Assembly: GCA_039630545.1 (NCBI GenBank)
Contig: JBCNUU010000003.1
Location: 34,582-98,581, forward strand
Direction: 5' to 3'
DNA length: 64,000 nt
From: Endomicrobiia bacterium
GTDB taxonomy: Bacteria; Elusimicrobiota; Endomicrobiia; DTEH01
The notes beneath the pieces are model-generated. The model saw nothing but the letters and a program-made list of their open reading frames with translations, was not told the DNA's origin and ran no database searches. Positions within the stretch are counted from its first letter, which is position 1. The number at the start of each line of letters is the position of its first letter. Positions 10,321-19,959 of this stretch are shown here, in pieces. The position numbers were made by a program, and so were the translations under genes.

Positions 10321-10752
10321 CTAAATATCAAATATCACATCTACAGAATATCCATTTTTGTTTTTTTTAATTTTTAAATTATGAAAAGTTGCTGATTTTA
10401 ATTCAAACAAAGCACCGTGTTTTTGTTTGTCATATTTTTCACCAAAACATGTGTATGAAATTTTCCAACTTTTATCTTCGTTAGTAATTTTTTCTACTTT
10501 AAATTTACAAAAAAGAATTTTATTTACAGATGTTTGATACAAAAGATCATTAAGAAAACTGATAAGTAAACCTTCAACATCTTGATCTTCAGTAGAAGAG
10601 GAATATTTTTCTTTTTCTTCTATATTGTGAAAATTTTCACAAATTATATTATACATTCCATAAGCACAGTTACAGAAAAGTTCTTCTAATGAAGTAGCAG
10701 AGGTTCTTATGCCAATGTCTGCTGTATGGTCAATTAATTTAAACTTATACAT
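10321..10752 (-). CDS. Archease
   Basis: DHTADIG, ELKSATFH and C-terminal VIFDI motifs. Confidence 0.9.
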   Translation of the reverse strand: MYKFKLIDHTADIGIRTSATSLEELFCNCAYGMYNIICENFHNIEEKEKYSSSTEDQDVEGLLISFLNDLLYQTSVNKILFCKFKVEKITNEDKSWKISYTCFGEKYDKQKHGALFELKSATFHNLKIKKNKNGYSVDVIFDI

Positions 10753-10841
10753 AATTTTTATTATACAAAATTTTAAGATTGAAATAAATAGAAGTTGTAT
10801 GTTGAAAAATACAGCAACATTTTAGTATAAAAATCAAAAGT

Positions 10842-11525
10842 ATGGAAAAAAAAATAGTAGCAGTTGTTGATGATGAAGAGGATATCCTGGAGTTAATTAA
10901 GGTTAATCTAACAAAGGAAGGGTTTGAAGTTCATTGTTTTGATACTCCAAAAAAATTTTTTAACTTCATACAGCAAAGAATACCTGATTTAGTAATATTA
11001 GATATAATGCTTCCAGGTATAGATGGTTTTGAAATTTGTAAAAAAATAAAATCCGACGCAAAACTAAACAATGTTCCTGTAATATTTCTTTCAGCAAAAT
11101 CAGATGAAGTAGATAAAGTTGTGGGTTTAGAGTTAGGTGCAGACGATTATATCACAAAGCCGTTTTCTGTAAGGGAGCTAATTGCTCGTGTAAAAACAGT
11201 TTTAAGAAGACAGCAGACAAAACAAAAAGAGAAGTTGATAAAAATTGGCAATATTTTAGTTATTAATCCAGATACATACGAAGTCTTTGTTGAAGGAGAA
11301 AAAGTTGAACTTACCACAACAGAATTTAAGTTACTCCTAGTTCTTGCAGAAAATAAAAATAAAGTTTTCACAAGGGACCAACTTCTTGATTACCTCTGGG
11401 GCACTCAAAAAGCAGTTTTGGACAGAACAATAGATGTACATATCACACACCTACGAGAAAAACTTAAAAAAGCAGCCAGTTTTATAAAAAATGTTCGTGG
11501 AGTTGGATACAAAATTTCAGAATAG
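10842..11525 (+). CDS. phoB: OmpR/PhoB-family response regulator (PhoB/PhoP)
   Basis: Receiver VDD..LDIMLP..KPF plus winged helix (RTIDVHI..RGVGY); near pst operon. Confidence 0.85.
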   Translation: MEKKIVAVVDDEEDILELIKVNLTKEGFEVHCFDTPKKFFNFIQQRIPDLVILDIMLPGIDGFEICKKIKSDAKLNNVPVIFLSAKSDEVDKVVGLELGADDYITKPFSVRELIARVKTVLRRQQTKQKEKLIKIGNILVINPDTYEVFVEGEKVELTTTEFKLLLVLAENKNKVFTRDQLLDYLWGTQKAVLDRTIDVHITHLREKLKKAASFIKNVRGVGYKISE

Positions 11526-11543
11526 AACTTTTATTTTTAATCA

Positions 11544-12791
11544 ATGAATTTTGTTGAGGATACTTTAAAGTTGTTAATTTTTGGAATTTTAGCGATTGGT
11601 TTAGTTGTGGTTTTTTTGATTTTTAAACTTTACTCTATAAAAAAATTTCTAAAAAAGCTTATCTTAGCAATCCAAAAAGTAGCAAAAAAAAATTTTGATA
11701 TAAACTTGCCTTCTCAAGGTGACTCAGAAATAAAAAGTTTGATTGAAAATTTTAATTTTATGGTTTCTGAAATAAAAAATGCAATGGAGGAAATTTCTTA
11801 TGAAAAAGATCGACTTAAAAAAATATTTTCTTCAATACAAGAAGCAGTAGTTTTACTTGATACTGAAGGACGTATTCTATTATACAACGATAAGTTCAAG
11901 AAGCTCTGTAAAGTTTCTCCTGAGAATAGACACTATTTAGAGGTTTTGATTTCTTCTGAGTTTAATGAGTTAATTAAAAAAGTTCTTACCACACAAAAAA
12001 ATATAATTCAAGAAATAGAAATTTCTTTTGATACTTATCTTTGTAGTGTTAGTTTCGTTTCAGAAAAAGAGTTAGTGGTTTTATTTTATAATATCACACA
12101 GCACAAAGCCCTTCAGAGTATAAAAAAAGAGTTAGTTTTAAACATAATTCACGAACTAAAAACGCCACTAACAAGCATTAAAGGATTTTCAGAAACCCTA
12201 TATGAGGAGATAAAAGATAAAACTTATAGAAATTACTTAGAGATTATACTTTCTAACACAGACAGATTAATTCGTATAATAAACGAGCTTACTTTACTTT
12301 CTCAAATAGAGCACAAAGAAGTAAATCTTGAACTTGAAGATGTAAATCTTCCAGAAGTTTTAAATACAATAAAAAATCTTTTTGAACACAAAATAAAACA
12401 AAAAAATTTAAACTTTTATTTAGAAATAAAAAAAGATATGAAACCAATCAAAGCCGATAAATTTTTACTTGAGCAGGTTTTAATAAACCTTATAGATAAC
12501 TCTATAAGATATACAGAAAAAGGATACATAAAAGTGTCTGTAACACAAGATCACTCAAATACATTCATACAAGTAGAAGATACAGGAATAGGAATACCTA
12601 AAGAGTATCACCAGAGAGTTTTTGAGAGGTTTTTCGTAGTAGACAAAGCCCGTTCAAGACAGACAGGTGGAACTGGTCTGGGACTTTCTATAGTAAAACA
12701 CATAGTAGAGATTCACAAAGGAGAAATTTTTTTGGAAAGCCAGGTAGGTGTAGGTACAAAGTTTACGGTGGTACTGAATAATAAAATATAA
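11544..12791 (+). CDS. phoR: PhoR-like sensor histidine kinase (TM-HAMP-PAS-HisKA-HATPase)
   Basis: HELKTPLT H-box; FERFFVVDKARSR..GGTGLGLSIVKH. Confidence 0.85.
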   Translation: MNFVEDTLKLLIFGILAIGLVVVFLIFKLYSIKKFLKKLILAIQKVAKKNFDINLPSQGDSEIKSLIENFNFMVSEIKNAMEEISYEKDRLKKIFSSIQEAVVLLDTEGRILLYNDKFKKLCKVSPENRHYLEVLISSEFNELIKKVLTTQKNIIQEIEISFDTYLCSVSFVSEKELVVLFYNITQHKALQSIKKELVLNIIHELKTPLTSIKGFSETLYEEIKDKTYRNYLEIILSNTDRLIRIINELTLLSQIEHKEVNLELEDVNLPEVLNTIKNLFEHKIKQKNLNFYLEIKKDMKPIKADKFLLEQVLINLIDNSIRYTEKGYIKVSVTQDHSNTFIQVEDTGIGIPKEYHQRVFERFFVVDKARSRQTGGTGLGLSIVKHIVEIHKGEIFLESQVGVGTKFTVVLNNKI

Positions 12792-12817
12792 ATAATATAA
12801 ATTTAAAGTTTATTTTT

Positions 12818-13312
12818 ATGCCTTGTTTTATCCTTGATGGTTATAATATAATAAAAGGTTCAGAAAAATTTTATGCGAAAGACATTTCTTTGCGTATAGA
12901 AAAACTTATAAGATTTTTAATTGAGCAGAAACCTCAGGGTTCCTATAAAAATAAAGTTGTAGTTGTTTTTGATGGTTCGCCACAGATTTCATATTCAAAC
13001 TACATAAATCTTAAAAGTTACAATATACAAATAATTTTTTCTTACTCTCAAACAGCTGATGAAAAGATAAAGAAAATTGCAGAAACTACAAAAAATCCAA
13101 AAGATTTCATTGTAGTTTCAGATGATAAAGAGATTGTATATTATGTTAAATATTGTGGTTTAAGAGTATTATCTGTAAAGGAATTTATAAAAGAACACAA
13201 ACAGTCAAAAAAATTCTCATATAGAAAGCTTAAAGGTGAAGATAAATTTAACTGTCCTGTTGAAGAACTTAATGATATAACAAAGGAACTCAAAGAAAAG
13301 TTTAAAATTTAG
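12818..13312 (+). CDS. NYN/YacP-like PIN-domain ribonuclease
   Basis: LDGYN, VVFDG, TADEKI and VVSDD motifs. Confidence 0.8.
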   Translation: MPCFILDGYNIIKGSEKFYAKDISLRIEKLIRFLIEQKPQGSYKNKVVVVFDGSPQISYSNYINLKSYNIQIIFSYSQTADEKIKKIAETTKNPKDFIVVSDDKEIVYYVKYCGLRVLSVKEFIKEHKQSKKFSYRKLKGEDKFNCPVEELNDITKELKEKFKI

Positions 13313-13362
13313 TTATTCTGTTAATTTATCAATATCAAGAAAGATATTTTAGGAGGACGAAA

Positions 13363-13944
13363 ATGATAAAAAAAATAATTTTAATAGTATTGTGTTTTGC
13401 TATCGTTTTTAAAAGTTTTCGTTTAGATCTTTATGCTTCGGATATAAAAAATAAGGCAACAATTGATGCTATAAGAGATGCGGAGTCAGATGTTAAAAAA
13501 CCTTTGTGGTTGCTAGTAGGAGCTATCGGAGGACCTGTGGGTGTGGCTTTTTCTTATTTTCACAAAGATTATCCTTCAGCAACTAGACTTATAGGTAAAC
13601 CACCAGAGTATGTTTTAACTTATCTTGAAGTCTATAGGAAAACTACAAAAAAATTAAAGCTAAAAGCAGCTGTGGCAGGAAGTATTATTGCTTTGATAAC
13701 TTATTTTTATTTGAATAATATCAGTGCCTTAAACACTGGTTGTTTTAATACTTCTCCAGAATGTTCATCTACATGTGCAGGATGTTCTTCTTCATCTATA
13801 GATACTGGATGCAGTTCAGTTGAAGGATGGTCTAATACAGGATGTTCTTCAGGTAGTAGTGGGTGTTCTTCTGGGACCTCGGGAGGTTCAGGAGGTTGTG
13901 CAAGTAGCGGTGGCAGTAGTGGATGTGCTTACATTGGATTTTAA
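13363..13944 (+). CDS. Exported membrane protein with Cys/Ser/Gly-rich C-terminal tail
   Basis: Signal peptide, two hydrophobic segments, tail with 9 Cys in GC(S/A)S-like repeats; AGGAGG RBS. Confidence 0.7.
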   Translation: MIKKIILIVLCFAIVFKSFRLDLYASDIKNKATIDAIRDAESDVKKPLWLLVGAIGGPVGVAFSYFHKDYPSATRLIGKPPEYVLTYLEVYRKTTKKLKLKAAVAGSIIALITYFYLNNISALNTGCFNTSPECSSTCAGCSSSSIDTGCSSVEGWSNTGCSSGSSGCSSGTSGGSGGCASSGGSSGCAYIGF

Positions 13945-13957
13945 GTTTTTGTAAATT

Positions 13958-14644
13958 ATGAAAGTTGTCTTTATTAATTTTTTTCTACTTTTTTTGATAA
14001 GTTCTTTATATTCTGAAAAATTTAGTATTTTTGCCAACTTTGAAAGAGTTGTGGTGAGAGCTAATAATAAAGAGAGTATTTTAGGTAGTTTATGGTATTG
14101 GGGTTCTGATGAGTATTTTGTGGATATTTTTTTTCCGTTGAAACAAAAAATTAAATATAACAGCAAGAATTTTTACTTGTACTATCCAGATAACAACATA
14201 GCCTTTAAATTTTCTTTAAACTCAATAAAAGATTTAATTTATTTTAATCCATTTTCTGCGCAGGAGATTGAAAAACTAGTAGAAAAATTAGGTTATAAGA
14301 AAAATGAAAAAAAATCTCAAAATAATTACTCTGAATATAAGAAAAAAAGTAGTTCATATATATTAGTAATTTTAAAAGATGAAAAAGGAAGAATAACTTC
14401 TCTAAAAATTAAAGACAAAAAAAATTTTGTTTTTGCACATGTGGTTTATGAGGAATATTATGAAGTAGATAATAGAAGCTTTCCTACAAGGCTGTCAGGA
14501 GTATTCTATGACGATATAAGAAAAGACTACTATTCAGAAAAAATAGAATACAAAGATATAAAAATAAATGAAAAAGTTCCAGATGAAATTGCAAATTTTT
14601 CTTTACCTCAGAATGTTTTAATAAAAGAGTTTGATTTTAAATAG
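13958..14644 (+). CDS. Exported protein, LolA/lipoprotein-sorting-like fold (tentative)
   Basis: Signal peptide; FYLYYPDNN and C-terminal KDIKINEKVPDEIANFSLP resemble the LolA family. Confidence 0.5.
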   Translation: MKVVFINFFLLFLISSLYSEKFSIFANFERVVVRANNKESILGSLWYWGSDEYFVDIFFPLKQKIKYNSKNFYLYYPDNNIAFKFSLNSIKDLIYFNPFSAQEIEKLVEKLGYKKNEKKSQNNYSEYKKKSSSYILVILKDEKGRITSLKIKDKKNFVFAHVVYEEYYEVDNRSFPTRLSGVFYDDIRKDYYSEKIEYKDIKINEKVPDEIANFSLPQNVLIKEFDFK

Positions 14645-14645
14645 A

Positions 14646-15824
14646 ATGAAAATAATAACTTTTTTATTTTTAGTATCTTTAGCTATTGCAGAAGAAGACT
14701 TTTTAAGTAAAGATATTTTTCAAAGTTTTACAATTACTGCAATAAAGTTTTATCAAAAAAATATCTCGCCTCTTAAAGTTTCTAGTTGTAGATATACTCC
14801 GAGTTGTTCTAATTATTCACTACAAGCTATAAGAAACTATGGGACAACTATTGGGATATTGATGACAGCAGATAGGCTTCTTAGGTGCAATAGATGGGGT
14901 GAGTGGGGCTATGATCCTCCACAGAAACATTATATATTTGCATCATACAGAGAGGACAAAATATATGAGGGGCTGTTTTATGAAGATGTAAAAAGTGAAT
15001 CTAGTGTTTTTTCTTTCGCAGATAAACTTTTTGAAGAAAAACTTTATGAGGAAGCATTAATTGAATATAAAAGAGTTCTTTTTGAAAATAAAAACTTATC
15101 TTATGATGAGAAATTATTTGGTGAATGGATGGTTGCAATTTGTTACTATAAACTTAAAAAGTATCAAAAAGCTTTAGATATATTTGAAAGTTTATATTCT
15201 AAAATAGAAAATGGACACAACTTAAAACCTAAACTTCTTTTTATTAGAGCTAAAATCTACTATCAACTAAATTCTTTTAGCTTAGCCAGAGAATCATTAG
15301 ATGAAATAGTTAAAATTAGTAAAGACAAAATGGGTGTAATAAAAGCATATATTTTGATAGCTATCTGTTGGCTTGAAGAAGAAAATTTTATTAAAGCTTT
15401 TGAAGTGTTTTCAAATATAGTGGATAAATTCCCAGATATAAAAGAAATACAAAAAATAAGACTTATCAAAGAAGAAATTGCAGAGTTTGAGAAAAAATTT
15501 AATAAGAAATCTAAAGTAGCTGCTGGTATTTTGTCGATTATACCTGGTTTAGGCAAGATTTATGCTGGAAAACCTAAAGACGGTATTTTTACTTTTGGTT
15601 TTATTTCAGCTCTTGGATATCTTTCTTATGAAGGTATAAAAAATGAATTTTATCTTTTTGGTGGGCTTCTTAGTATTTTGACTTTTAATTTTTATTTAGG
15701 TAATATATACGGCGGGATAGATGCTGCTGTTGATTATAATAGAAAAAATGTTTTAGCGTTTAAAGAATATATAAAAAACGAGTTAAAAATTTTTTTTGAA
15801 GATATCTTTTTAGAAAAATTATGA
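14646..15824 (+). CDS. YidD-like domain fused to TPR repeats and a C-terminal TM2-like membrane domain
   Basis: FYQKNISP..CRYTPSCSNY..RLLRC..GYDP (YidD); TPR helices; KSKVAAGILSIIPGLGKIYAG. Confidence 0.75.
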   Translation: MKIITFLFLVSLAIAEEDFLSKDIFQSFTITAIKFYQKNISPLKVSSCRYTPSCSNYSLQAIRNYGTTIGILMTADRLLRCNRWGEWGYDPPQKHYIFASYREDKIYEGLFYEDVKSESSVFSFADKLFEEKLYEEALIEYKRVLFENKNLSYDEKLFGEWMVAICYYKLKKYQKALDIFESLYSKIENGHNLKPKLLFIRAKIYYQLNSFSLARESLDEIVKISKDKMGVIKAYILIAICWLEEENFIKAFEVFSNIVDKFPDIKEIQKIRLIKEEIAEFEKKFNKKSKVAAGILSIIPGLGKIYAGKPKDGIFTFGFISALGYLSYEGIKNEFYLFGGLLSILTFNFYLGNIYGGIDAAVDYNRKNVLAFKEYIKNELKIFFEDIFLEKL

Positions 15825-16831
15825 CAAAAATAATCTGTACGATAGGACCAGCTTCTGAAGACAAAAAAGTTTTGAAAGAAATGATAAAAGCAGGAATGAG
15901 TATGGCAAGAATTAACTTTTCTCACGGGAGTTATGAAGAAATTAAAAGAAGAGTCAACAACATCAAAAAAGTTTCAAAAGTTCTAAAAAAGAAAATCCCT
16001 ATTTTTGCTGACTTACAAGGTCCTAAAATTAGAATTGGTAAAATAAAAAATGATAAGTTATTATTAAATATTGGAGATGAGTTTGTTATTACTACAAAAG
16101 AAATCCAAAAAGATTATAAAGTTAGTGTTGATTACAAGCTGTTGCCAAAATTTGTTAAACCCAAAGATAAAATTTTTATTGATGATGGAAAAATAGAATT
16201 AGAAGTTATTAGAGTAAAAAATGAGGAGATAATATGCAAAGTTGTTGTTGGTGGTGTTGTTTCTTCAAGAAAAGGAATAACTGTGAGGAATAAATTTTTA
16301 CCATTAGATGCAGTTACACAAGAAGATAAAAAAGATATAGAATTTGCTTTGTCTTTAGGTATAACATGGTTTGCTCAGTCGTTTGTAAGAGAAGCTAAAA
16401 ATGTTGAAGAGTTAAAAGAGTATCTTAAAAGCTTAGATAAAACAAAAAAGTTTTTTATCATAGCAAAAATTGAAGATATGTATGGTTACAAAAACATAGA
16501 TGAAATAATAAAAGTTGCTGATGGTGTGATGGTTGCAAGAGGAGATTTGGGTGTGTCTGTTGAACGTGCATTGGTCCCTATACTGCAGAAAGAAATTATA
16601 GAAAAAACCAACAAAGCAAAAAAGTTAGATATAGTTGCTACTCAGATGTTAGAAACAATGGTTGAAAATCCCTATCCTACAAGAGCAGAAGTAAACGATG
16701 TTGCAGTTGCTGTTATGCAGAAAGCTGACTATGTGATGCTTTCAGCAGAAACAGCCGTTGGTAGGTATCCTGTTTTAGCTGTTAAAGAAATGAAAAGAAT
16801 AATAGATGTTGTTGAAAATTATAAAAAATAA
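15821..16831 (+). CDS. pyk: Pyruvate kinase lacking the C-terminal regulatory domain
   Basis: TKIICTIGPAS, NFSHG, IIAKIE, MVARGDLG, PTRAEVND, MLSAETA; ends at 336 aa. Confidence 0.9.
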   Translation: MTKIICTIGPASEDKKVLKEMIKAGMSMARINFSHGSYEEIKRRVNNIKKVSKVLKKKIPIFADLQGPKIRIGKIKNDKLLLNIGDEFVITTKEIQKDYKVSVDYKLLPKFVKPKDKIFIDDGKIELEVIRVKNEEIICKVVVGGVVSSRKGITVRNKFLPLDAVTQEDKKDIEFALSLGITWFAQSFVREAKNVEELKEYLKSLDKTKKFFIIAKIEDMYGYKNIDEIIKVADGVMVARGDLGVSVERALVPILQKEIIEKTNKAKKLDIVATQMLETMVENPYPTRAEVNDVAVAVMQKADYVMLSAETAVGRYPVLAVKEMKRIIDVVENYKK

Positions 16832-16874
16832 AACTCCTTCTAAGTTCCTTGTCTAAACTTAAACTTTCCTTTTC

Positions 16875-16924
16875 TTAACAGAAAATTAATTTTTCGTTTA
16901 TATTTAATTAATACTCCTATTGTA
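16875..16924 (+). promoter_or_regulatory. Pho-box-like array 1 (4 x 11-bp direct repeats) upstream of the sigma factor
   Basis: TTAACAGAAAA/TTAATTTTTCG/TTTATATTTAA/TTAATACTCCT followed by ATTGTA. Confidence 0.7.
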
Positions 16925-16937
16925 TATTTTTTAAAAT

Positions 16938-17459
16938 ATGAAAAATGATCTAAAAAATAACAAATTCGATAAAAAATTTTTTGGTTTAGTTTATGCTATT
17001 GCGTCTAAATATAAAAACAATTTCATAGATTTCGATGATATTCTTCAAGAAGGTTTTTTGGGTCTTTACAAAGCTTGGAAGAAATTTGATAGCTCAAAAG
17101 GAATTCTTTTTTCTACCTATGCTGCTTATTGGATAAAAAAACAAATACTACAATATATAAATATGAATAAAAAACAAAATTTAATTTGTTTTGATGAAGT
17201 TGAACCTCATAAACTATCATATCAAGAAAGTTATTTTATAGAAAATGAAGATAGTACTGTTAATTTTGAGCAAGAGGATTTTTCTGACTTAGAGAAAAAA
17301 ATATTAGATTTAACTTTTAATAAGAAAATAACATTAAAGTTGATTGCTGAAAAAACTAATTTAACAACAGAAAGAGTAAGACAGATTCTCTCCAGAGCAT
17401 TAAGGAAAATAAAAATTAACAAAAAATTAACAGAAAATTTATTAAAAGTTAATCTTTAA
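16938..17459 (+). CDS. Small sigma-70 family factor (regions 2 and 4 only)
   Basis: DDILQEGFLGLYKAWKKFD..FSTYAAYWIK (region 2); TLKLIA..TERVRQILSRALRKI (region 4). Confidence 0.85.
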   Translation: MKNDLKNNKFDKKFFGLVYAIASKYKNNFIDFDDILQEGFLGLYKAWKKFDSSKGILFSTYAAYWIKKQILQYINMNKKQNLICFDEVEPHKLSYQESYFIENEDSTVNFEQEDFSDLEKKILDLTFNKKITLKLIAEKTNLTTERVRQILSRALRKIKINKKLTENLLKVNL

Positions 17460-17465
17460 ATTGTA
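17416..17465 (+). promoter_or_regulatory. Pho-box-like array 2 (4 x 11-bp direct repeats) upstream of porin-pst operon
   Basis: TTAACAAAAAA/TTAACAGAAAA/TTTATTAAAAG/TTAATCTTTAA followed by ATTGTA; same architecture as array 1. Confidence 0.75.
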
Positions 17466-17561
17466 AAAATCAAAAATGCGGGTGAGCAAAGACATACTTG
17501 GTTTTTTTTGATAATTTTTTTATTGCGAAAACTTCAAAAATTTTTAAAAAGGAGGTACAAA

Positions 17562-18827
17562 ATGAAAAAAAATATCAAAAAAATCCTAATTCTCATATTT
17601 TTGTATCTATTTAGTCTGTTTAATAATATAGTTGCACAGAACATTGCAGATCCACTTATAAATAAACTTATAGAAAAAGGAGTAATAGAATCATATGAAG
17701 CCCAGGAGGTAAGAAATGAGATAAGTAAAGTAGAGAAAAAAAAGATTGATGAAGAAAAAGCAAAAGAAGAGGAGCAGAAAAAACAAGATAAGTATAAACT
17801 TAAAACAAGTGGTTATTTACAGTTAGTTTATACTTTAGATGAGTCAACTTCAGCTACAGCACATCCTGGTAAATACAGAGATCCACTCTATATAAGAAGA
17901 GCAAGAATTTCATTTAGACAGCAGATTAATGACTGGGTTGGTTTTAATATAACACCTGAATTTGCAAGAAGTGGAGATCCTTTAGAGACAGAAGACATCT
18001 CAGTTGTTAGAACAACTTCTCCTCATACAACGGCCACTGTAACAAGGGTAAGGAGGGTTCCTGTTATAGAGTTTAAAGGAGCTTATGTGGATTTGACCTT
18101 TAATGATTTTTTGAATTTTAGAATAGGCCAGTTTAATCAGCCTTTTGGTTTTGAAAATGTGTTTTCCTCTAGCAAGAAAATATTTCCAATAGATACTTTA
18201 CAGTTTATGAGAAATGTATTGCCTTCTGATTATGATTTTGGTATACAATACTCTTTAAATTATAAAAAAATGCTTTCTTTGCAAGTAGCAGCCTTGAATG
18301 GAACTACCCATCAGAGAGAGACAAATAACAGAAAAGATATTTCTACCAAAATATCATTTGAACCAAGAATGTTTTTTGAATTCTTAAAAGGTTTTGAGTT
18401 ATCCTTTTCATATTATGATAGATATTATGGAGAGATTGTTACTACTACTGTAACTCCTAAAAATGGTCAACATTACAATGTTTATCTGAAACTTGAAAGA
18501 GAAGTTCTTTTTCCAGTATTTTTAACTGCTGAGTATGTCTGGGGGAAGAATTACACTCTTACTAATGATGTAAAAAGTTTAATTTGTACATTGGAAATAA
18601 AACCCTTAGAAAAAACCTTTCTTAAAGGATTAGCTCCAGCTTTTAGATATGAAAGTTGGGATCCTAACATCAACAAATCAGATGATGAGGTTGAAATATA
18701 TACAGCTGGTATAAATTACTATCCTAATAAGAATGTTAGATTTCTTGTAGACTACAGAATTTCTAATGAAAAACCAAAAGACTTAACAAACAACAAATTA
18801 AACATAATGGCTCAAGTTTCTTTTTGA
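17562..18827 (+). CDS. Phosphate-selective porin (OprO/OprP-like)
   Basis: IRRARI, RIGQFNQPFGFEN, C-terminal QVSF; AGGAGG before ATG 17562; precedes pstS. Confidence 0.75.
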   Translation: MKKNIKKILILIFLYLFSLFNNIVAQNIADPLINKLIEKGVIESYEAQEVRNEISKVEKKKIDEEKAKEEEQKKQDKYKLKTSGYLQLVYTLDESTSATAHPGKYRDPLYIRRARISFRQQINDWVGFNITPEFARSGDPLETEDISVVRTTSPHTTATVTRVRRVPVIEFKGAYVDLTFNDFLNFRIGQFNQPFGFENVFSSSKKIFPIDTLQFMRNVLPSDYDFGIQYSLNYKKMLSLQVAALNGTTHQRETNNRKDISTKISFEPRMFFEFLKGFELSFSYYDRYYGEIVTTTVTPKNGQHYNVYLKLEREVLFPVFLTAEYVWGKNYTLTNDVKSLICTLEIKPLEKTFLKGLAPAFRYESWDPNINKSDDEVEIYTAGINYYPNKNVRFLVDYRISNEKPKDLTNNKLNIMAQVSF

Positions 18828-18852
18828 AACTTAATAAAAGGAGGTATTAACT

Positions 18853-19881
18853 ATGAAAAAATTATTAACAAAATTTCTTGTATCTATATTATCTCTTAAT
18901 CTCTCACTACCTGCTTTTTCACAAAAAATAATTTTAATAAATGGCGCTGGTGCAACTTTCCCATATCCACTTTACTCAAAATGGTTTTATGAATATGCAA
19001 AGATAGATAAAACAGTAAACTTTAATTATCAATCAATAGGTTCAGGTGGTGGTATAAGACAGATTATAGCAAAAACAGTTGATTTTGGTGCTACAGATGC
19101 TGTAATGACAAAAGAACAAGAAAAACAGGCAGGAGAGGAAATACTTCATATACCTATGACTGCAGGAGCTGTTGTTTTAATATATAATGTACCAGAACTA
19201 AAACAGCAGCTAAATCTTTCTGCTGAACTTATATCAGGAATTTTTCTTGGCAAAATCACAAGATGGAATGACAAAAAAATACAGCAAGAAAACCCAGGAG
19301 TAAACTTACCAAATAAAAAAATTATAGTAGCAAGAAGGTCAGATGGTTCAGGAACCACTTTTATATTTACAGATTATCTTTGTGAAGTTTCAAACGAGTG
19401 GAAGTCAAAAGTCGGCAAAGGAACTTCTGTGAACTGGCCTGTTGGTCTTGGTGGTAAGGGTAACGAGGGTGTTGCGGGTATAGTTAAAAACACACCTTAT
19501 TCAATTGGATATGTAGAGATATCTTATGCAATCCAGAATAACTTAAGCTATGCAAAAGTAAAAAATAAAGCAGGCAAATATATAAGTCCATCTGTTGAAG
19601 CAATAACAGCTGCTATAGAAGAGAAGGCAAAAAATATGCCTGCTGACTATAAAGTTTCAATAGTAAATCCAGATGGAGAAAAGGCATATCCTATATGTGG
19701 TTTTACCTGGTTATTAGTATATAAGAAACAACAAGACAAACAAAAAGGAGAAAAATTAGTAAACTTCTTAAAATGGGCTGTCACCGATGGTCAAAAATAC
19801 TGTGCAGATTTAATATATGCTCCACTTCCTGATAATCTTGTAAAAATGGTGCTTGAAACTATAAAAAAAATAGAGTATTAA
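18853..19881 (+). CDS. pstS: Phosphate ABC transporter substrate-binding protein
   Basis: GAGATFPYPLY, GSGGG, RSDGSGTT. Confidence 0.96.
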   Translation: MKKLLTKFLVSILSLNLSLPAFSQKIILINGAGATFPYPLYSKWFYEYAKIDKTVNFNYQSIGSGGGIRQIIAKTVDFGATDAVMTKEQEKQAGEEILHIPMTAGAVVLIYNVPELKQQLNLSAELISGIFLGKITRWNDKKIQQENPGVNLPNKKIIVARRSDGSGTTFIFTDYLCEVSNEWKSKVGKGTSVNWPVGLGGKGNEGVAGIVKNTPYSIGYVEISYAIQNNLSYAKVKNKAGKYISPSVEAITAAIEEKAKNMPADYKVSIVNPDGEKAYPICGFTWLLVYKKQQDKQKGEKLVNFLKWAVTDGQKYCADLIYAPLPDNLVKMVLETIKKIEY

Positions 19882-19918
19882 TAAAGTACTAAAATTTTTA
19901 CTTGTTCTTTTTATTTGG

Positions 19919-19956
19919 GGGTAGCCAGTAAAAGATTGCTGGCTACCCAATTTTTT
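19919..19956 (+). terminator. Stem-loop between pstS and pstC (partial terminator or mRNA stabiliser)
   Basis: GGGTAGCCAGTAA-AAGA-TTGCTGGCTACCC followed by AATTTTTT. Confidence 0.75.
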
Positions 19957-19959
19957 AAT

